A DNA stretch of 64,000 bases, taken from Gammaproteobacteria bacterium (GTDB lineage: Bacteria; Pseudomonadota; Gammaproteobacteria; Ga0077554; Ga007554). The notes beneath the pieces were generated by a model. The model made no database searches and had not been told where the DNA came from. It worked only from the letters and a program-made list of their open reading frames with translations. This document shows, piece after piece, positions 8,149 through 19,995 of this stretch (its first letter is position 1; each line of letters begins with the position of its first letter). The stretch is from positions 1,246,188-1,310,187 of the forward strand of contig JAMPIW010000007.1 in the NCBI GenBank assembly GCA_040183005.1, in the 5' to 3' direction. The translations under genes were made by a program, and so were the position numbers.

Positions 8149-8900
8149 TCTTCAAGCACCCGCCGCACCCGCAGCAAGTCCTCCCCCGTATCAACGCCAA
8201 TCCCCGGCGGCGCCAACGCCTCGGCGACATGAATCTTACGGCCCTGCCACAAGGCTCTTAGCTGCTCCAGGGATTCAGTCTGTTCCAGCACGCACGGCGG
8301 CCATTGGACATAGTCCTGGAGGAAGGCGGCGTGATAGGCATACAGGCCGATATGCCGGTAGTGTTCGGAGCGGGCAGGCAGTTCGCCGGTAGTTGCGGTG
8401 AAGGCATCGCGATCCCAGGGGATGGCGGCGCGGCTAAAATAGAGGGCGTAATTCTGTTGATCCATCACGACCTTGACAAGATGGGGATCGAACAGCTCGC
8501 CTGCGGTCTTGATGCGCTCGCACAATGTGGCGATGCTGGCCTGCGAGTGTGCTTGCAGGTTTTCGGCGACCTGACGGATCAGCGCGGGCGGCATGAGGGG
8601 TTCGTCGCCTTGCAGGTTGACGATGATTTGATCGCCGGCATAGCCCATCAGCCGCGCCACTTCAGCGAGGCGGTCAGTGCCGGAGGGGTGATGCGCTGCC
8701 GTCATGCACACATGCGCACCAAAGCCTAGCGCTACGCTGCGGATGCGCTCGTCATCGGTGGCCACCACCACTTCGGCAGCACCGCTTTCCAGCGCGCGCT
8801 CATAGACGTGCTGAATCATGGGCTTGCCGCCAATCTCAAGTAGCGGCTTGCCGGGTAACCGGGTGGACGCGTGACGTGCGGGAATGATGACGCGGAACAT
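8145..8900 (-). CDS. kdsB: 3-deoxy-manno-octulosonate cytidylyltransferase (CMP-KDO synthetase)
   Basis: 251 aa. N-terminal [16 protein letters not shown] motif, typical of KdsB. Confidence 0.9.
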   Translation of the reverse strand: MFRVIIPARHASTRLPGKPLLEIGGKPMIQHVYERALESGAAEVVVATDDERIRSVALGFGAHVCMTAAHHPSGTDRLAEVARLMGYAGDQIIVNLQGDEPLMPPALIRQVAENLQAHSQASIATLCERIKTAGELFDPHLVKVVMDQQNYALYFSRAAIPWDRDAFTATTGELPARSEHYRHIGLYAYHAAFLQDYVQWPPCVLEQTESLEQLRALWQGRKIHVAEALAPPGIGVDTGEDLLRVRRVLED

Positions 8901-8902
8901 TG

Positions 8903-9081
8903 TCAGACTTCCTCGTCCGCTCCAAGTTTACGCGCCTCTTCTTCGAGCATGACGGGGATTTCGTCGCGGATTGGATAGGCCAGGCGATCCGCCTTGCAGA
9001 TGAGTTCCGCTTCTGCCTTTTTGTAAACGAGCGGACTCTTGCAGATGGGGCACACAAGAATATCGAGTAATTTTTTATCCA
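8903..9081 (-). CDS. Trm112/YcaR-family small protein (DUF343), ~59 aa. It is absent from the ORF track because it is shorter than 60 aa.
   Basis: Reverse-strand translation reads [59 protein letters not shown]. It sits in the conserved lpxK-ycaR-kdsB context. Coordinates may be off by one. Confidence 0.7.
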
Positions 9082-9100
9082 TTTTTCACCTTCTTCAATG

Positions 9101-9245
9101 TGAGAACCTGTTCACGATCTCGATCAAGGGATGCAGTGCAAGGCAAAATCGAACGAAAAAGCGGAGCATACACGAACTATGTGAGCATTTTGAGTTCGAT
9201 TTTAACGCCGCAATGCGCTCTTCAGCGAGATCGTGAACAGGTTCT
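9101..9245. repeat. Family-2 intergenic element, copy 1 (~145 bp): a 106-bp conserved core flanked by 19-20-bp inverted repeats. The right IR encodes the last 7 residues of LpxK.
   Basis: IRs gagaacctgttcacgatctc / gagatcgtgaacaggttct. The core is ~85% identical to the reverse complement of 30437-30539. Confidence 0.6.
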
Positions 9246-10211
9246 TAGCAAGTTAAGTAATCGCTTACCAAACCCCTCATCCAGCTCTGCATCCACCGGC
9301 AGATACCAGTGCTGCGCACCGGCAAACCTGCGGCATTTTGCCGCGTCTTTTTCAGTCATGATAACAGGCGCATTGTCGCCGAATTGAATATCCTGCGCCA
9401 CAAACGGATGGTGATCCGGGAAAACATGTTCGATGATGGTCATTCCGAGACTTTTAAGGTGCTCAAAAAACCGCGACGGATGGCCAATGCCTGCAACCGC
9501 GTGGATAACCTGCCCCTGAAAATCCGTGGGTTGGCGCGTCATGGATTCATCGCATAAATTACGGATCAAGCCGCTACGCAGTCGCATGGAAAACTGGCCT
9601 TGCCCTGCCTGCCCGTTGTTCACCACGACCAGATCCACGCTCTTTAATCGGCCTTGTGGCTCGCGCAATGGCCCTGCTGGCAGACAATAACCATTGCCGA
9701 AGCGGCGCGTGCCGTCGATCACTGCGATTTCTATATCACGGCCCAGCGCATAATGTTGCAAACCATCGTCGGAGATAATAATGTCGCACGCCGCACTTTC
9801 CAGCACCTTTCTGGCTGCGGCAACGCGATTTGGCGCAACTGCCATCGGGCATCCGCATCGCCGCGCCAACAGCACAGCCTCATCCCCCACCAGCGCGGGG
9901 TCACTACCTGCATTCACCAATTGTGGCCACTGGCAGGCCTTGCCACCATAGCCGCGACTGACAATAGCGGGCGAATATCCAGCCTGTTCGAGATGCCCAA
10001 CCAACCACGCCACCAACGGCGTTTTGCCAGTACCACCGACACTGATATTTCCAATCACAATTACCGGCACGGGCAGCCGCGTGACCTTGCGCAATCCGGC
10101 GCGATAGGCCATGCGGCGCAGCATGACCACCAGACAGAACAGCCAGGACAGGGGCGCCAGCAATACCGATATGGGATTATTGCTGTACCAATAATGATCC
10201 AGCCGCTGCAT
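9222..10211 (-). CDS. lpxK: Tetraacyldisaccharide 4'-kinase (lipid A biosynthesis)
   Basis: P-loop VGGTGKTP. The ORF extends to 10274, but the Met at 10211 (MQRLDHYW) avoids overlapping msbA. Confidence 0.85.
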   Translation of the reverse strand: MQRLDHYWYSNNPISVLLAPLSWLFCLVVMLRRMAYRAGLRKVTRLPVPVIVIGNISVGGTGKTPLVAWLVGHLEQAGYSPAIVSRGYGGKACQWPQLVNAGSDPALVGDEAVLLARRCGCPMAVAPNRVAAARKVLESAACDIIISDDGLQHYALGRDIEIAVIDGTRRFGNGYCLPAGPLREPQGRLKSVDLVVVNNGQAGQGQFSMRLRSGLIRNLCDESMTRQPTDFQGQVIHAVAGIGHPSRFFEHLKSLGMTIIEHVFPDHHPFVAQDIQFGDNAPVIMTEKDAAKCRRFAGAQHWYLPVDAELDEGFGKRLLNLLRTCSRSR

Positions 10212-10216
10212 GCGCG

Positions 10217-11974
10217 TTAACTGATCTCCGCAGCAAACTGCATGCGATGCAGATTGGCGTAATGCCCGCCACACGCCAGCAGTTCGGTGTGCCCGCCCTG
10301 CTCCACGATCTGCCCGGCATCCATCACCACAATCACATCCGCCTGTTCAATGGTGGACAGCCGGTGGGCGATAATCAACGTGGTACGGTTGCGCACAAGC
10401 TGGGCAAGCGCAGCCTGGATCATGCGCTCTGATTCGGTATCCAGCGAGGCCGTGGCCTCATCGAGAATCAGCACAGGCGCGTCCTTCAGCAGAGCACGGG
10501 CAATCGCCAGACGTTGCCGCTGACCGCCGGACAACATCATGCCCTTCTCACCGACAATGGTCTGCAAACCCTCCGGCAGCTTACGAATAAACCCCATCGC
10601 ATGCGCCGCCTCGGCGGCACGAATGATATCTGTCTCGCTCACATCACTCCAGCGTCCATATGCAATGTTATTGGCGATAGTGTCATTGAACAGGGTCACA
10701 TCCTGGCCCACAAGTGCGATTTGATTGCGCAGGTCTTCAAGCTTGAAGTCGCGGATATCGCAACCATCGAGCGTGATACGGCCTGTAGTCAGGTCATAAA
10801 AACGCGGCAGCAGGCTGACCAGCGTTGTTTTACCACTACCGGAGCGTCCGACAAATGCGACTGTCTGGCCGGGTTCGATCTTCAGGCTGATATTTTCCAG
10901 CACCCTGCCCTTCGTTGAGTCATAGCTAAACGAGACATTGCCGTATTCGATGGCGCCACGCGCACGCTCGATGCGTACCGTGCCGGTATCTTTTTCCGCC
11001 TCACAATCCAGCAGGCCAAAAATGCTTTCCGAGGCAACGATGCCGCGCTGAATCGAGGAATGAATAGTGGTCAGGCGCTTGAGCGGTGTAAGCAGCATGG
11101 TCATGGCAACGATGAACGACATAAACGTGCCCACCGTAATCGTTGCCAGCATGGAATCCATGGTCGCCAAATAGATGATGCCAGCCAGCGCAGCCCCCGC
11201 AACCAGCTGAACCAAAGGGACACTCGCTTCCCGCGTCGCCGTCATTTTCATGTGCTGACGCCGGTTGACTGCGTTCACGTTGTCAAAAATTTCCGCCTGG
11301 TGGCGCTGACCGCCAAAAATCTTGATGACACGCTGCCCTTCAATAGTCTGGCCCACCGCCTCGGTAACACCGCCCATGCTTGCCTGGATGCGGCCACTGA
11401 TGCGCCGGAAACGCCTATTCACATAGACCACCAGTAATGCGATGAGAGGGCCGGTCAACATAAAGGTAATGGCCAGCATCCAGTTCAGGTAAAACATCCA
11501 GGCCAGCAGGCCGGCGATGGTCAAGGTATCCCGCACAACAACGGTCAACACACTGGTGGATGCCTCCGCGACCTGCTCCACATCATAGACCAACTTTGAA
11601 ATCAACTGCCCTGAGGAACTTTTGTCATAGAACCCGGCAGGCAGACGCAGCATATGCTCGAACATCTCCCGGCGCAGATTATTGATCACCTGCCGCCCCA
11701 CCCAGGTCATCCCATAGGAGGATAAAAATCCACTGACACCGCGCAGAATAAACAATCCGATAATCGCCAGCGGGATGATGCGGATGGTATCCGGGTCTTT
11801 GTTTACAAAGCTGCCATCCAGCATGGGCTTCATCAGCGCGGCAAATCCGGTGTCGGTGGCCGCCAGAATCACCATGGCGATGATAGAGATAGCGAAGATT
11901 TTCCAGTAGGGCCGCGCATATCCAAGCAGGCGGCGATATACCATGGAGATGCTCGGGGAGGATGAATCAGTCAT
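10217..11974 (-). CDS. msbA: Lipid A export ABC transporter, fused permease/ATPase
   Basis: 585 aa. N-terminal six-TM region followed by an ABC ATPase (GRSGSGKTT, LSGGQRQR). Confidence 0.9.
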   Translation of the reverse strand: MTDSSSPSISMVYRRLLGYARPYWKIFAISIIAMVILAATDTGFAALMKPMLDGSFVNKDPDTIRIIPLAIIGLFILRGVSGFLSSYGMTWVGRQVINNLRREMFEHMLRLPAGFYDKSSSGQLISKLVYDVEQVAEASTSVLTVVVRDTLTIAGLLAWMFYLNWMLAITFMLTGPLIALLVVYVNRRFRRISGRIQASMGGVTEAVGQTIEGQRVIKIFGGQRHQAEIFDNVNAVNRRQHMKMTATREASVPLVQLVAGAALAGIIYLATMDSMLATITVGTFMSFIVAMTMLLTPLKRLTTIHSSIQRGIVASESIFGLLDCEAEKDTGTVRIERARGAIEYGNVSFSYDSTKGRVLENISLKIEPGQTVAFVGRSGSGKTTLVSLLPRFYDLTTGRITLDGCDIRDFKLEDLRNQIALVGQDVTLFNDTIANNIAYGRWSDVSETDIIRAAEAAHAMGFIRKLPEGLQTIVGEKGMMLSGGQRQRLAIARALLKDAPVLILDEATASLDTESERMIQAALAQLVRNRTTLIIAHRLSTIEQADVIVVMDAGQIVEQGGHTELLACGGHYANLHRMQFAAEIS

Positions 11975-11980
11975 TATTAA

Positions 11981-12403
11981 TTATCGGTGATCTGGCTTTT
12001 TTGTGGTGGCCAGTGAAAGGTGCGTGAAACCAAGCTGGCCTGCGGCATCCATGGCGGTAACAACGGCTTGGTGCGCGGTCTTGGCGTCGGCACTGATCAG
12101 TAGTGGAATTTTTGCGTCATCACCTGCCGCCGCGCGAATCGCCTGTTTCAGGGTTTCAATCTGGGTATTGATCACCCGTTGCTGATTGACGTAGAAACGC
12201 CCTTCAGCGTCAATGGTAATTTCCAGCGGTTTTTTCGACTCCTGACGATGCTCGGCGGAGGCCTCCGGCAGATCAAGGGTAATCGCAGACTGCTTATTGA
12301 ACGTGGTGGAAAGCATAAAAAACACCACCAGCAGGAGCGCTACATCAACCAGCGGGATAAGGTTGACATCGGGTTCTTCTCTGCGGGATTTGCGGAAATT
12401 CAC
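11981..12403 (-). CDS. exbD: ExbD/TolR-family biopolymer transport protein
   Basis: 140 aa with a single N-terminal TM segment (NLIPLVDVALLLVVFFM). Confidence 0.85.
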   Translation of the reverse strand: MNFRKSRREEPDVNLIPLVDVALLLVVFFMLSTTFNKQSAITLDLPEASAEHRQESKKPLEITIDAEGRFYVNQQRVINTQIETLKQAIRAAAGDDAKIPLLISADAKTAHQAVVTAMDAAGQLGFTHLSLATTKKPDHR

Positions 12404-13053
12404 GCGCTCTTCTTCCGCACCACTGGCGTGGCCTCTTTTTCGCCGTCGCGCTCGCCGTGCAGCATCTCAACCATTTTAAGGGATTCTTGTTCCATGTAGA
12501 CCACCAGCTCGTCCACACGTCCGCGAAAGTAGCGGTAAAACATCAGACTGGGAATCGCCACCACCAGACCCGCAGCAGTGGTGATCAACGCTTCGGAAAT
12601 ACCCCCGGCCAGCAGTGCGGGACTGCCCATGCCTTCCCCCCCGGAAATGGCGTGAAAAGCCCGGATGATGCCCGTCACCGTGCCCAGCAGCCCCAGCAGC
12701 GGCGAAATCGCCGCAATCGTGCCCAGCGTGTTCAGGTAGCGCTCCAGCTCCGGCACCACCTGGCGGCCCACGTCCTCAATCGCCTCCTTCATGATCGTGC
12801 GGTCACGGCGCAGATTAATCAAACCGGCAGCGAGGATGCGACCCAGCGGAGAGTCATTGCGCAACGCGGCAACATGGCTGGCATCGAGCTGACCGTCCTT
12901 TACCCATTGCCAGATCTGCGGCACCAGGCGCGAGGGGCAAATGCGTTTTCTCTGCAACGACCATAGCCGTTCACCGATGATCGCCAGCGCGGCAATGGAG
13001 CACAATATGATTGGCGCCATCACCCAGCCGCCGGCTTTGACTATTTCAAACAC
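12400..13053 (-). CDS. exbB: MotA/TolQ/ExbB-family proton channel (GTG start)
   Basis: 217 aa, 3 TM segments, ExbB-type motifs. A 4-nt overlap with exbD. Confidence 0.85.
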   Translation of the reverse strand: MFEIVKAGGWVMAPIILCSIAALAIIGERLWSLQRKRICPSRLVPQIWQWVKDGQLDASHVAALRNDSPLGRILAAGLINLRRDRTIMKEAIEDVGRQVVPELERYLNTLGTIAAISPLLGLLGTVTGIIRAFHAISGGEGMGSPALLAGGISEALITTAAGLVVAIPSLMFYRYFRGRVDELVVYMEQESLKMVEMLHGERDGEKEATPVVRKKSA

Positions 13054-13391
13054 GCAGAATTCCTTGCTAGATCACTCTTGATGGCACAACCCGGTAATAA
13101 TACTTTATTCAAGAGGGTAGTCATAGCAAATCACATCACAAGAAACACAGCGTGCGGCGCTATATTTTGTGATGGCGTTTTAGGCACCTCGGGGAGGTTA
13201 AATTCGCGCGTGGCGGCGAGTTTGACGGGGCCAAACTAGAAACGGCAATTGACCGCACTATGGCCCCCTCTCACACTCCTTTTTCAAGAGGAGAAACTAC
13301 CTTCGACTCGTCAGCGATGAGGCTTAAATAGCCCTGGTGGACAGGCTGCCAAAGACGCCCGCAACAGGTGGAGCCTTGTTTGCGCAGACGC

Positions 13392-14726
<1,335 letters not shown>

Positions 14727-15929
14727 TTACAAAGAAACAACCGTCCATTTGCCCTCGCGCCGCTCCAGAATACGGTCACAGCCCATCTCGCGGATATCAC
14801 CTCCAGCGCCTGGCAAGGCATGGATAACCCGTTCACCGCGTTGACGAAGCTCGCGCACCAGCGCTTGCAGGCTCTGATCGTCAGCATTATCGTCGGGCGC
14901 CAGAATCGCGCGCACCTGGTAAGGCGTGACGGCGCTCAGGGAAATCAGGGTGTTAAGGTCGGCGCTAAATCCCGTGGCTGGACGGGCACGTCCGAAGACC
15001 TTGCCGATGTCGTCATAACGTCCGCCGCGCGCAATCTCCTGACCATGGCCCGGTACAAACGCCGCATATACCAGACCTGTCTGATAGTGATAACCACGCA
15101 GCTCGGCAAGATCAAAATGCAGCGGGGTGGAGGGCATACGACGACGCGCCAGGGCGGCGATTTGCCGCAGGTTATCCAGTGCGGCCAGCACCCTATCACC
15201 GGCGGCGCTGAGCGCAACGCTCGCCTCAGCCAGCACCTCTTCACCACCATTCAGATCTACCAGGCAGGTCAATCTCCGGCGCTGCTCCGGACTCATCGCA
15301 AGCTGCGCCAGCAATTCCTCTATTTCAGGTTTGGCCTTGCGTTGCAAGGCGTTAAACAGGGCCATTTCCTGCTCGCGCTCAAGCCCGGCATCATGCGTCA
15401 GGGCGCGGAAGATGCCGACGTGGCCAAGATCGATATGCGCCTGCTTGATGCCAGTTGCAGAAAGCATCTCCACCATTAGGTGCAGCACTTCGACATCGCT
15501 CTCGATACCGGCGTGACCATAGAGTTCGGCGCCGATTTGCAACGGGCTGCGGCTGCGGGTAAAGCCGGACGGATAGGTGCGCAGTACCGTGTCGATGTAA
15601 CACAGGCGGGTGGGCGCTTCGCGCTTGAGGCGATGGGCATCAATGCGCGCCACCTGTGGCGTCATATCGGCACGCACACCCATCAGACGGCCCGTCAACT
15701 GGTCGATAAGCTTGAAGGTCTGCACATCGAGATCATCGCCGGTGCCGATCAACAGCGATTCGAGATATTCGATCAGTGGCGGGATAACCAGCTCGTAACC
15801 CCAGCCATGGAACAAATCGAGCAAATCCCGGCGCAATCTTTCAAGGTGTTCGGCCTGCTGCGGCAGAACTTCCTCTATGCCCTCGGGCAACAGCCAGCGG
15901 TCTTTCTCTGAAAAGGAACGATCAATCAT
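14727..15929 (-). CDS. hisZ: ATP phosphoribosyltransferase regulatory subunit (HisRS paralogue)
   Basis: 400 aa, class-II aaRS-like. Conserved position between hflC and purA. Confidence 0.85.
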   Translation of the reverse strand: MIDRSFSEKDRWLLPEGIEEVLPQQAEHLERLRRDLLDLFHGWGYELVIPPLIEYLESLLIGTGDDLDVQTFKLIDQLTGRLMGVRADMTPQVARIDAHRLKREAPTRLCYIDTVLRTYPSGFTRSRSPLQIGAELYGHAGIESDVEVLHLMVEMLSATGIKQAHIDLGHVGIFRALTHDAGLEREQEMALFNALQRKAKPEIEELLAQLAMSPEQRRRLTCLVDLNGGEEVLAEASVALSAAGDRVLAALDNLRQIAALARRRMPSTPLHFDLAELRGYHYQTGLVYAAFVPGHGQEIARGGRYDDIGKVFGRARPATGFSADLNTLISLSAVTPYQVRAILAPDDNADDQSLQALVRELRQRGERVIHALPGAGGDIREMGCDRILERREGKWTVVSL

Positions 15930-16032
15930 TGGGAGTCAAATCTGGCCAAAAATACAGACAGCGGAATGGATGGGCATGGTATTTTCAAGAAGGAGCACAG
16001 GAGAAGCAGGCATAAGAATACCAAAAATCCAG

Positions 16033-16218
16033 CTAGCGAACCAGACTCAGCACGATAACACCCAGCACCATACTGACTAAGCCCGCGATACGCAACGAGC
16101 GGTCATCCATCTGCGTGATAAGCAGCATGGTCCGGCGCATACCCTGGGGATTGAGAAACGGCATGACACCTTCAAGTACCAGCACCAACGCGACCGCTGC
16201 CAGGAAATCTTGCCACAT
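16033..16218 (-). CDS. DUF2065 (YjeT-like) small membrane protein
   Basis: ~61 aa, two hydrophobic segments. Conserved location between hflC and hisZ. Confidence 0.6.
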   Translation of the reverse strand: MWQDFLAAVALVLVLEGVMPFLNPQGMRRTMLLITQMDDRSLRIAGLVSMVLGVIVLSLVR

Positions 16219-16307
16219 TAACCCTCCCCGGCCGAGACCACACAAAAGGGGTGGCGACGGTTTTTATTCGCCACACACCCCCCTTGCTTGTTTATCCTGC
16301 ACAAAAA

Positions 16308-17180
16308 TTACTTGGGGTTCGAGCTCTTGAAATACTTGAAGAACTCCGAACCAGGATCAAGGACAACCATATCGTTCTGGTCTTTAAACGTCGCTTTGTA
16401 GGCATTAATACTGCGGTAGAAAGCATAGAACTCAGGGTTCTTTTTGAATGCCTGGGCATAAATATCGGACGCCTGGGCGTCGCCTTCACCACGTGTGCGC
16501 TCCGCCTCGCGATAGGCCTCGGCAACGATCACGGCGCGCTGGCGATCTGCATCAGCGCGGATGCGCTCTGCCGCTTCAGCACCTCGCGAACGCAGGTCCT
16601 TGGCTACTCGTGAACGTTCCGCCACCATGCGCTGAAACACCGAGCTACTGACCTCTTCCGGCAAATCAATGCGCTTGATGCGCACGTCGACAACACTTAT
16701 GCCGAACTCCTTGGCTTGCTTGTTGGAATTGGCAGTCAGAATCGCCATGATCTGCTCACGCTCACCCGATATCACTTCCTGAATGGTGCGCTTGCCGAAT
16801 TCATCACGCAGGCCATTTTTGATAAGCTGGGCCAGACGCACGTTGGCACGCTCTTCATCGCCACCCATGGTGGTGTAATAGCGAGCCACATCGCTGATCT
16901 TCCATTTGACGAAAGAATCAACGATCACATTCTTCTTTTCCGCCGTCAGATAGCGCTCAGGCGCCGCTTCCAGGGTAAGAATGCGCGCATCAAACTTGCG
17001 GACATTATTGATAAAAGGGAATTTAAAATGCAGCCCCGGTGCAAAGTCGGAATCCACCACCTCACCAAGACGAAACAGTACGGCGCGCTGCTGTTCACCC
17101 ACAGTAAACACCGACATCGAGCCTATTATCAGCACGGCGCCGATCAGGCCAATCAAGCCAAATATTTTTTTCTGGTCCAT
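16308..17180 (-). CDS. hflC: Protease modulator HflC (band-7/SPFH)
   Basis: 290 aa, N-terminal TM segment plus SPFH domain. Confidence 0.9.
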   Translation of the reverse strand: MDQKKIFGLIGLIGAVLIIGSMSVFTVGEQQRAVLFRLGEVVDSDFAPGLHFKFPFINNVRKFDARILTLEAAPERYLTAEKKNVIVDSFVKWKISDVARYYTTMGGDEERANVRLAQLIKNGLRDEFGKRTIQEVISGEREQIMAILTANSNKQAKEFGISVVDVRIKRIDLPEEVSSSVFQRMVAERSRVAKDLRSRGAEAAERIRADADRQRAVIVAEAYREAERTRGEGDAQASDIYAQAFKKNPEFYAFYRSINAYKATFKDQNDMVVLDPGSEFFKYFKSSNPK

Positions 17181-18409
17181 TAACGTTGCTCCCGTGCACG
17201 TACATTGTCACGCGCGCGACCGGCATCCGAAGGGATCACCGACGAGCCGTCCGGTATCTGCGCCGGCTCAATGGCCGAACTGCCGGAAGCGGCGCCACCG
17301 GCCTGCCGCTGGGTCATGCGATCCAACGGTAGATACAGAAGATTGTTACCGCCTTTCACATCCACCATCACCTTGCTGCTCTTTGACAGCACAGACTCCA
17401 TGGCTTCGATATAGAGACGGTCACGCATCACTTTGGGTGCCTTTTGATACTCCGTCAACACCTGCTCAAAACGGCTGGCCTCACCTTTTGCCTGTGCCAC
17501 CACCTGGGCTTTATAGCCATTCGCCTCTTCTATCTGGCGAGCCGCGCCGCCGCGCGCCTTGGGGATCACGTCATTGGCATAGGCCTCGGCCTCGTTGATC
17601 AGCCGCTGCTCATCTTCACGCGATTTAACCGCATCCAGAAAGGCGCTCTGCACCTCCTCCGGAGGCTGGGCATCCTGCATGTTGAGGCTGCTGACTAACA
17701 AACCGGCGCCATAGCGATCCAGCGTTTTCTGAATCAGCTCGATAGCGCGGGCGCCAATCTCGCTACGCCCCTCTTTGAGTACGAAATCCATGTTGTTTTT
17801 GCCCACGACATCACGTACTGCGCTTTCCGTCGCTTGGCGCAGGGCAGCATCGGGATCACGGGTATTAAACAAATAATCGCGCGCATCCTTGACCTTATAT
17901 TGCACGGCAAATTTGACATTGATGATGTTTTCATCTTTGGTCAACATCAGGGCCTCGTTCGATACCGAACCGGCCTGGGCGCCCCCGCCTCCACCACCGG
18001 AGCGATAGCCGATTTCTACAGTACGGATCTGCTCGACATTGACAACTTGCACCGTCTCAATGGGGGCCGGGATATGCCAATGCGGACCGGGCAAGGTGGT
18101 GTCGACATATTGACCAAAGCGCGTCACAACGCCCCGCGTTCCTTCATCAACGATATAAATACCCGTAGCTACCCATACGACTACCGCAACACCTGCAATT
18201 ATGCCAACAATCTTGGCGGGCGCAGTCCCCGGCCCTTTGGGGCCTTCGGGTCGACCACCACCCTTGCCGCCAAACAAGCCGCCAAGTTTTTGCTGCACCT
18301 TGCGAATCATCTCGTCAAGATCAGGTGGAGACTGTTTATTGCCACGATTGCCACCGCGGTTACCCCAAGGGTCGTTATCGCGGGAACCACCCGGTTCATT
18401 CCAGGCCAT
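17180..18409 (-). CDS. hflK: Protease modulator HflK (band-7/SPFH)
   Basis: 409 aa, Gly-rich N-terminus, SPFH domain. Confidence 0.9.
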   Translation of the reverse strand: MAWNEPGGSRDNDPWGNRGGNRGNKQSPPDLDEMIRKVQQKLGGLFGGKGGGRPEGPKGPGTAPAKIVGIIAGVAVVVWVATGIYIVDEGTRGVVTRFGQYVDTTLPGPHWHIPAPIETVQVVNVEQIRTVEIGYRSGGGGGGAQAGSVSNEALMLTKDENIINVKFAVQYKVKDARDYLFNTRDPDAALRQATESAVRDVVGKNNMDFVLKEGRSEIGARAIELIQKTLDRYGAGLLVSSLNMQDAQPPEEVQSAFLDAVKSREDEQRLINEAEAYANDVIPKARGGAARQIEEANGYKAQVVAQAKGEASRFEQVLTEYQKAPKVMRDRLYIEAMESVLSKSSKVMVDVKGGNNLLYLPLDRMTQRQAGGAASGSSAIEPAQIPDGSSVIPSDAGRARDNVRAREQR

Positions 18410-18471
18410 CAGATAGATACTCCATAATATTTTTATTAAAGGTACATCTTACAGTTACAAAAATCTGCAAT

Positions 18472-19644
18472 TTATGCGCATTCCGGACATTCTGTATCAG
18501 CGGCTTCCGCGCGCTCTTGCTTTTGACCATCGTCCCATGAATAGTTCGACAATACCTGCCGCAACATGTCCAGCCCTGCGCCCGTCGCGGCGGATAACCA
18601 GACCCGCTGCACCCGGCCTTCGGCATCATAATCGACATGTGGGGCACAACTTTCAAGCATATCAATCTTGTTGTAGATCTCAATGCACGGAATGGAGTCA
18701 GCTCCGATTTCCTTGAGCACCTCGTTCACCTGCTCGATGCATTCATGACGCTTGTCATTATGCGCATCGATAACATGCAATAACAGAGCCGCCTCACTGG
18801 TCTCTTCCAGCGTGGAACGGAACGCCGCTACCAGATTATGGGGCAGATGGCGGATAAATCCTACCGTGTCGGCCAAAATGACAGGATCAGCGCCGGGCAG
18901 TTTGACACGCCGCAAGGTAGGGTCCAGCGTAGCGAACAACTGATCCGCCGCATAAACCGTGGAACCCGTCAAGCGGTTGAACAGCGTCGATTTGCCTGCG
19001 TTGGTATAACCCACCAGGGATACCGTCTTGATAGCCGCCTTGCGCCTGGCTTTTCTGCGTCCGTCGCGCTGCCCGCCCACCTTTTCGAGGCGCTTGTTGA
19101 GCTGCTTGATCCTTTCCGCAACGAGCCGCCGGTCGGTCTCGAGCTGTGTCTCACCTGGGCCGCGCAGGCCAATACCGCCCTTCTGCCGCTCCAAGTGCGT
19201 CCAGCCGCGCACCAGTCGCGTGGACAAATGGCGCAACTGCGCCAGCTCGACCTGTAACTTTCCCTCGAACGAATGGGCGCGTTGCGCAAAAATATCCAGG
19301 ATCAGGCCAACGCGGTCCAGCACCCGGCATTGTAGCAAGCGCTCCAGATTACGCTCCTGGCCTGGCGAAATGGCGTGATTGATGAGCACCACGTCGGCCT
19401 TCATGCTTTCGACGCAGGCGCGAATCTCCTCAGCCTTGCCGCTGCCCACAAAATACTTGGGGTCGGGAGTCTGACGGCTGCCGCTAATAACAGCAACGGG
19501 TTCGACCCCCGCAGAACGCGCAAGCTCACGAAACTCATCGAGCTCTTCGCGGATCCCTGCCGCGCGAAAATCCACATTGACGAGGATCGCGCGCTCCGCT
19601 TTCCGTGAGTGTTCGGGCAAACTCACTCCGGCGAACAACTCCAT
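18472..19644 (-). CDS. hflX: GTPase HflX
   Basis: G1 motif GYTNAGKST and a DTVGF motif. Confidence 0.9.
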   Translation of the reverse strand: MELFAGVSLPEHSRKAERAILVNVDFRAAGIREELDEFRELARSAGVEPVAVISGSRQTPDPKYFVGSGKAEEIRACVESMKADVVLINHAISPGQERNLERLLQCRVLDRVGLILDIFAQRAHSFEGKLQVELAQLRHLSTRLVRGWTHLERQKGGIGLRGPGETQLETDRRLVAERIKQLNKRLEKVGGQRDGRRKARRKAAIKTVSLVGYTNAGKSTLFNRLTGSTVYAADQLFATLDPTLRRVKLPGADPVILADTVGFIRHLPHNLVAAFRSTLEETSEAALLLHVIDAHNDKRHECIEQVNEVLKEIGADSIPCIEIYNKIDMLESCAPHVDYDAEGRVQRVWLSAATGAGLDMLRQVLSNYSWDDGQKQERAEAADTECPECA

Positions 19645-19662
19645 TCACCGGGGCGCAGGCTG

Positions 19663-19914
19663 TTACTCTTCATCACTCTCTGCTACTGCCTCGCCAGCAC
19701 CCGCATACTTGACATTGCGCGCCGGTACAACAGTGGAAATGGCGTGCTTATAGACCATCTGGCTGACTGTGTTTTTCAGCAACACAGCGAACTGGTCAAA
19801 CGATTCGATCTGCCCTTGCAACTTGATTCCGTTCACCAGATAGATGGAAACGGGCACCCGCTCTTTGCGTAGTGCATTCAGGAAAGGGTCTTGTATACCT
19901 TGCCCTTTAGTCAT
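19663..19914 (-). CDS. hfq: RNA chaperone Hfq
   Basis: [47 protein letters not shown] (Sm motifs). The start is an internal Met of the longer ORF. Confidence 0.9.
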   Translation of the reverse strand: MTKGQGIQDPFLNALRKERVPVSIYLVNGIKLQGQIESFDQFAVLLKNTVSQMVYKHAISTVVPARNVKYAGAGEAVAESDEE

Positions 19915-19995
19915 GTGAGTGTCTCCTTTTTTTGTTGTGTAGTCCAAACGGTTTTTCAAGCCGTGCATTCAGGCAGAGTATAACATAGCCCACCA

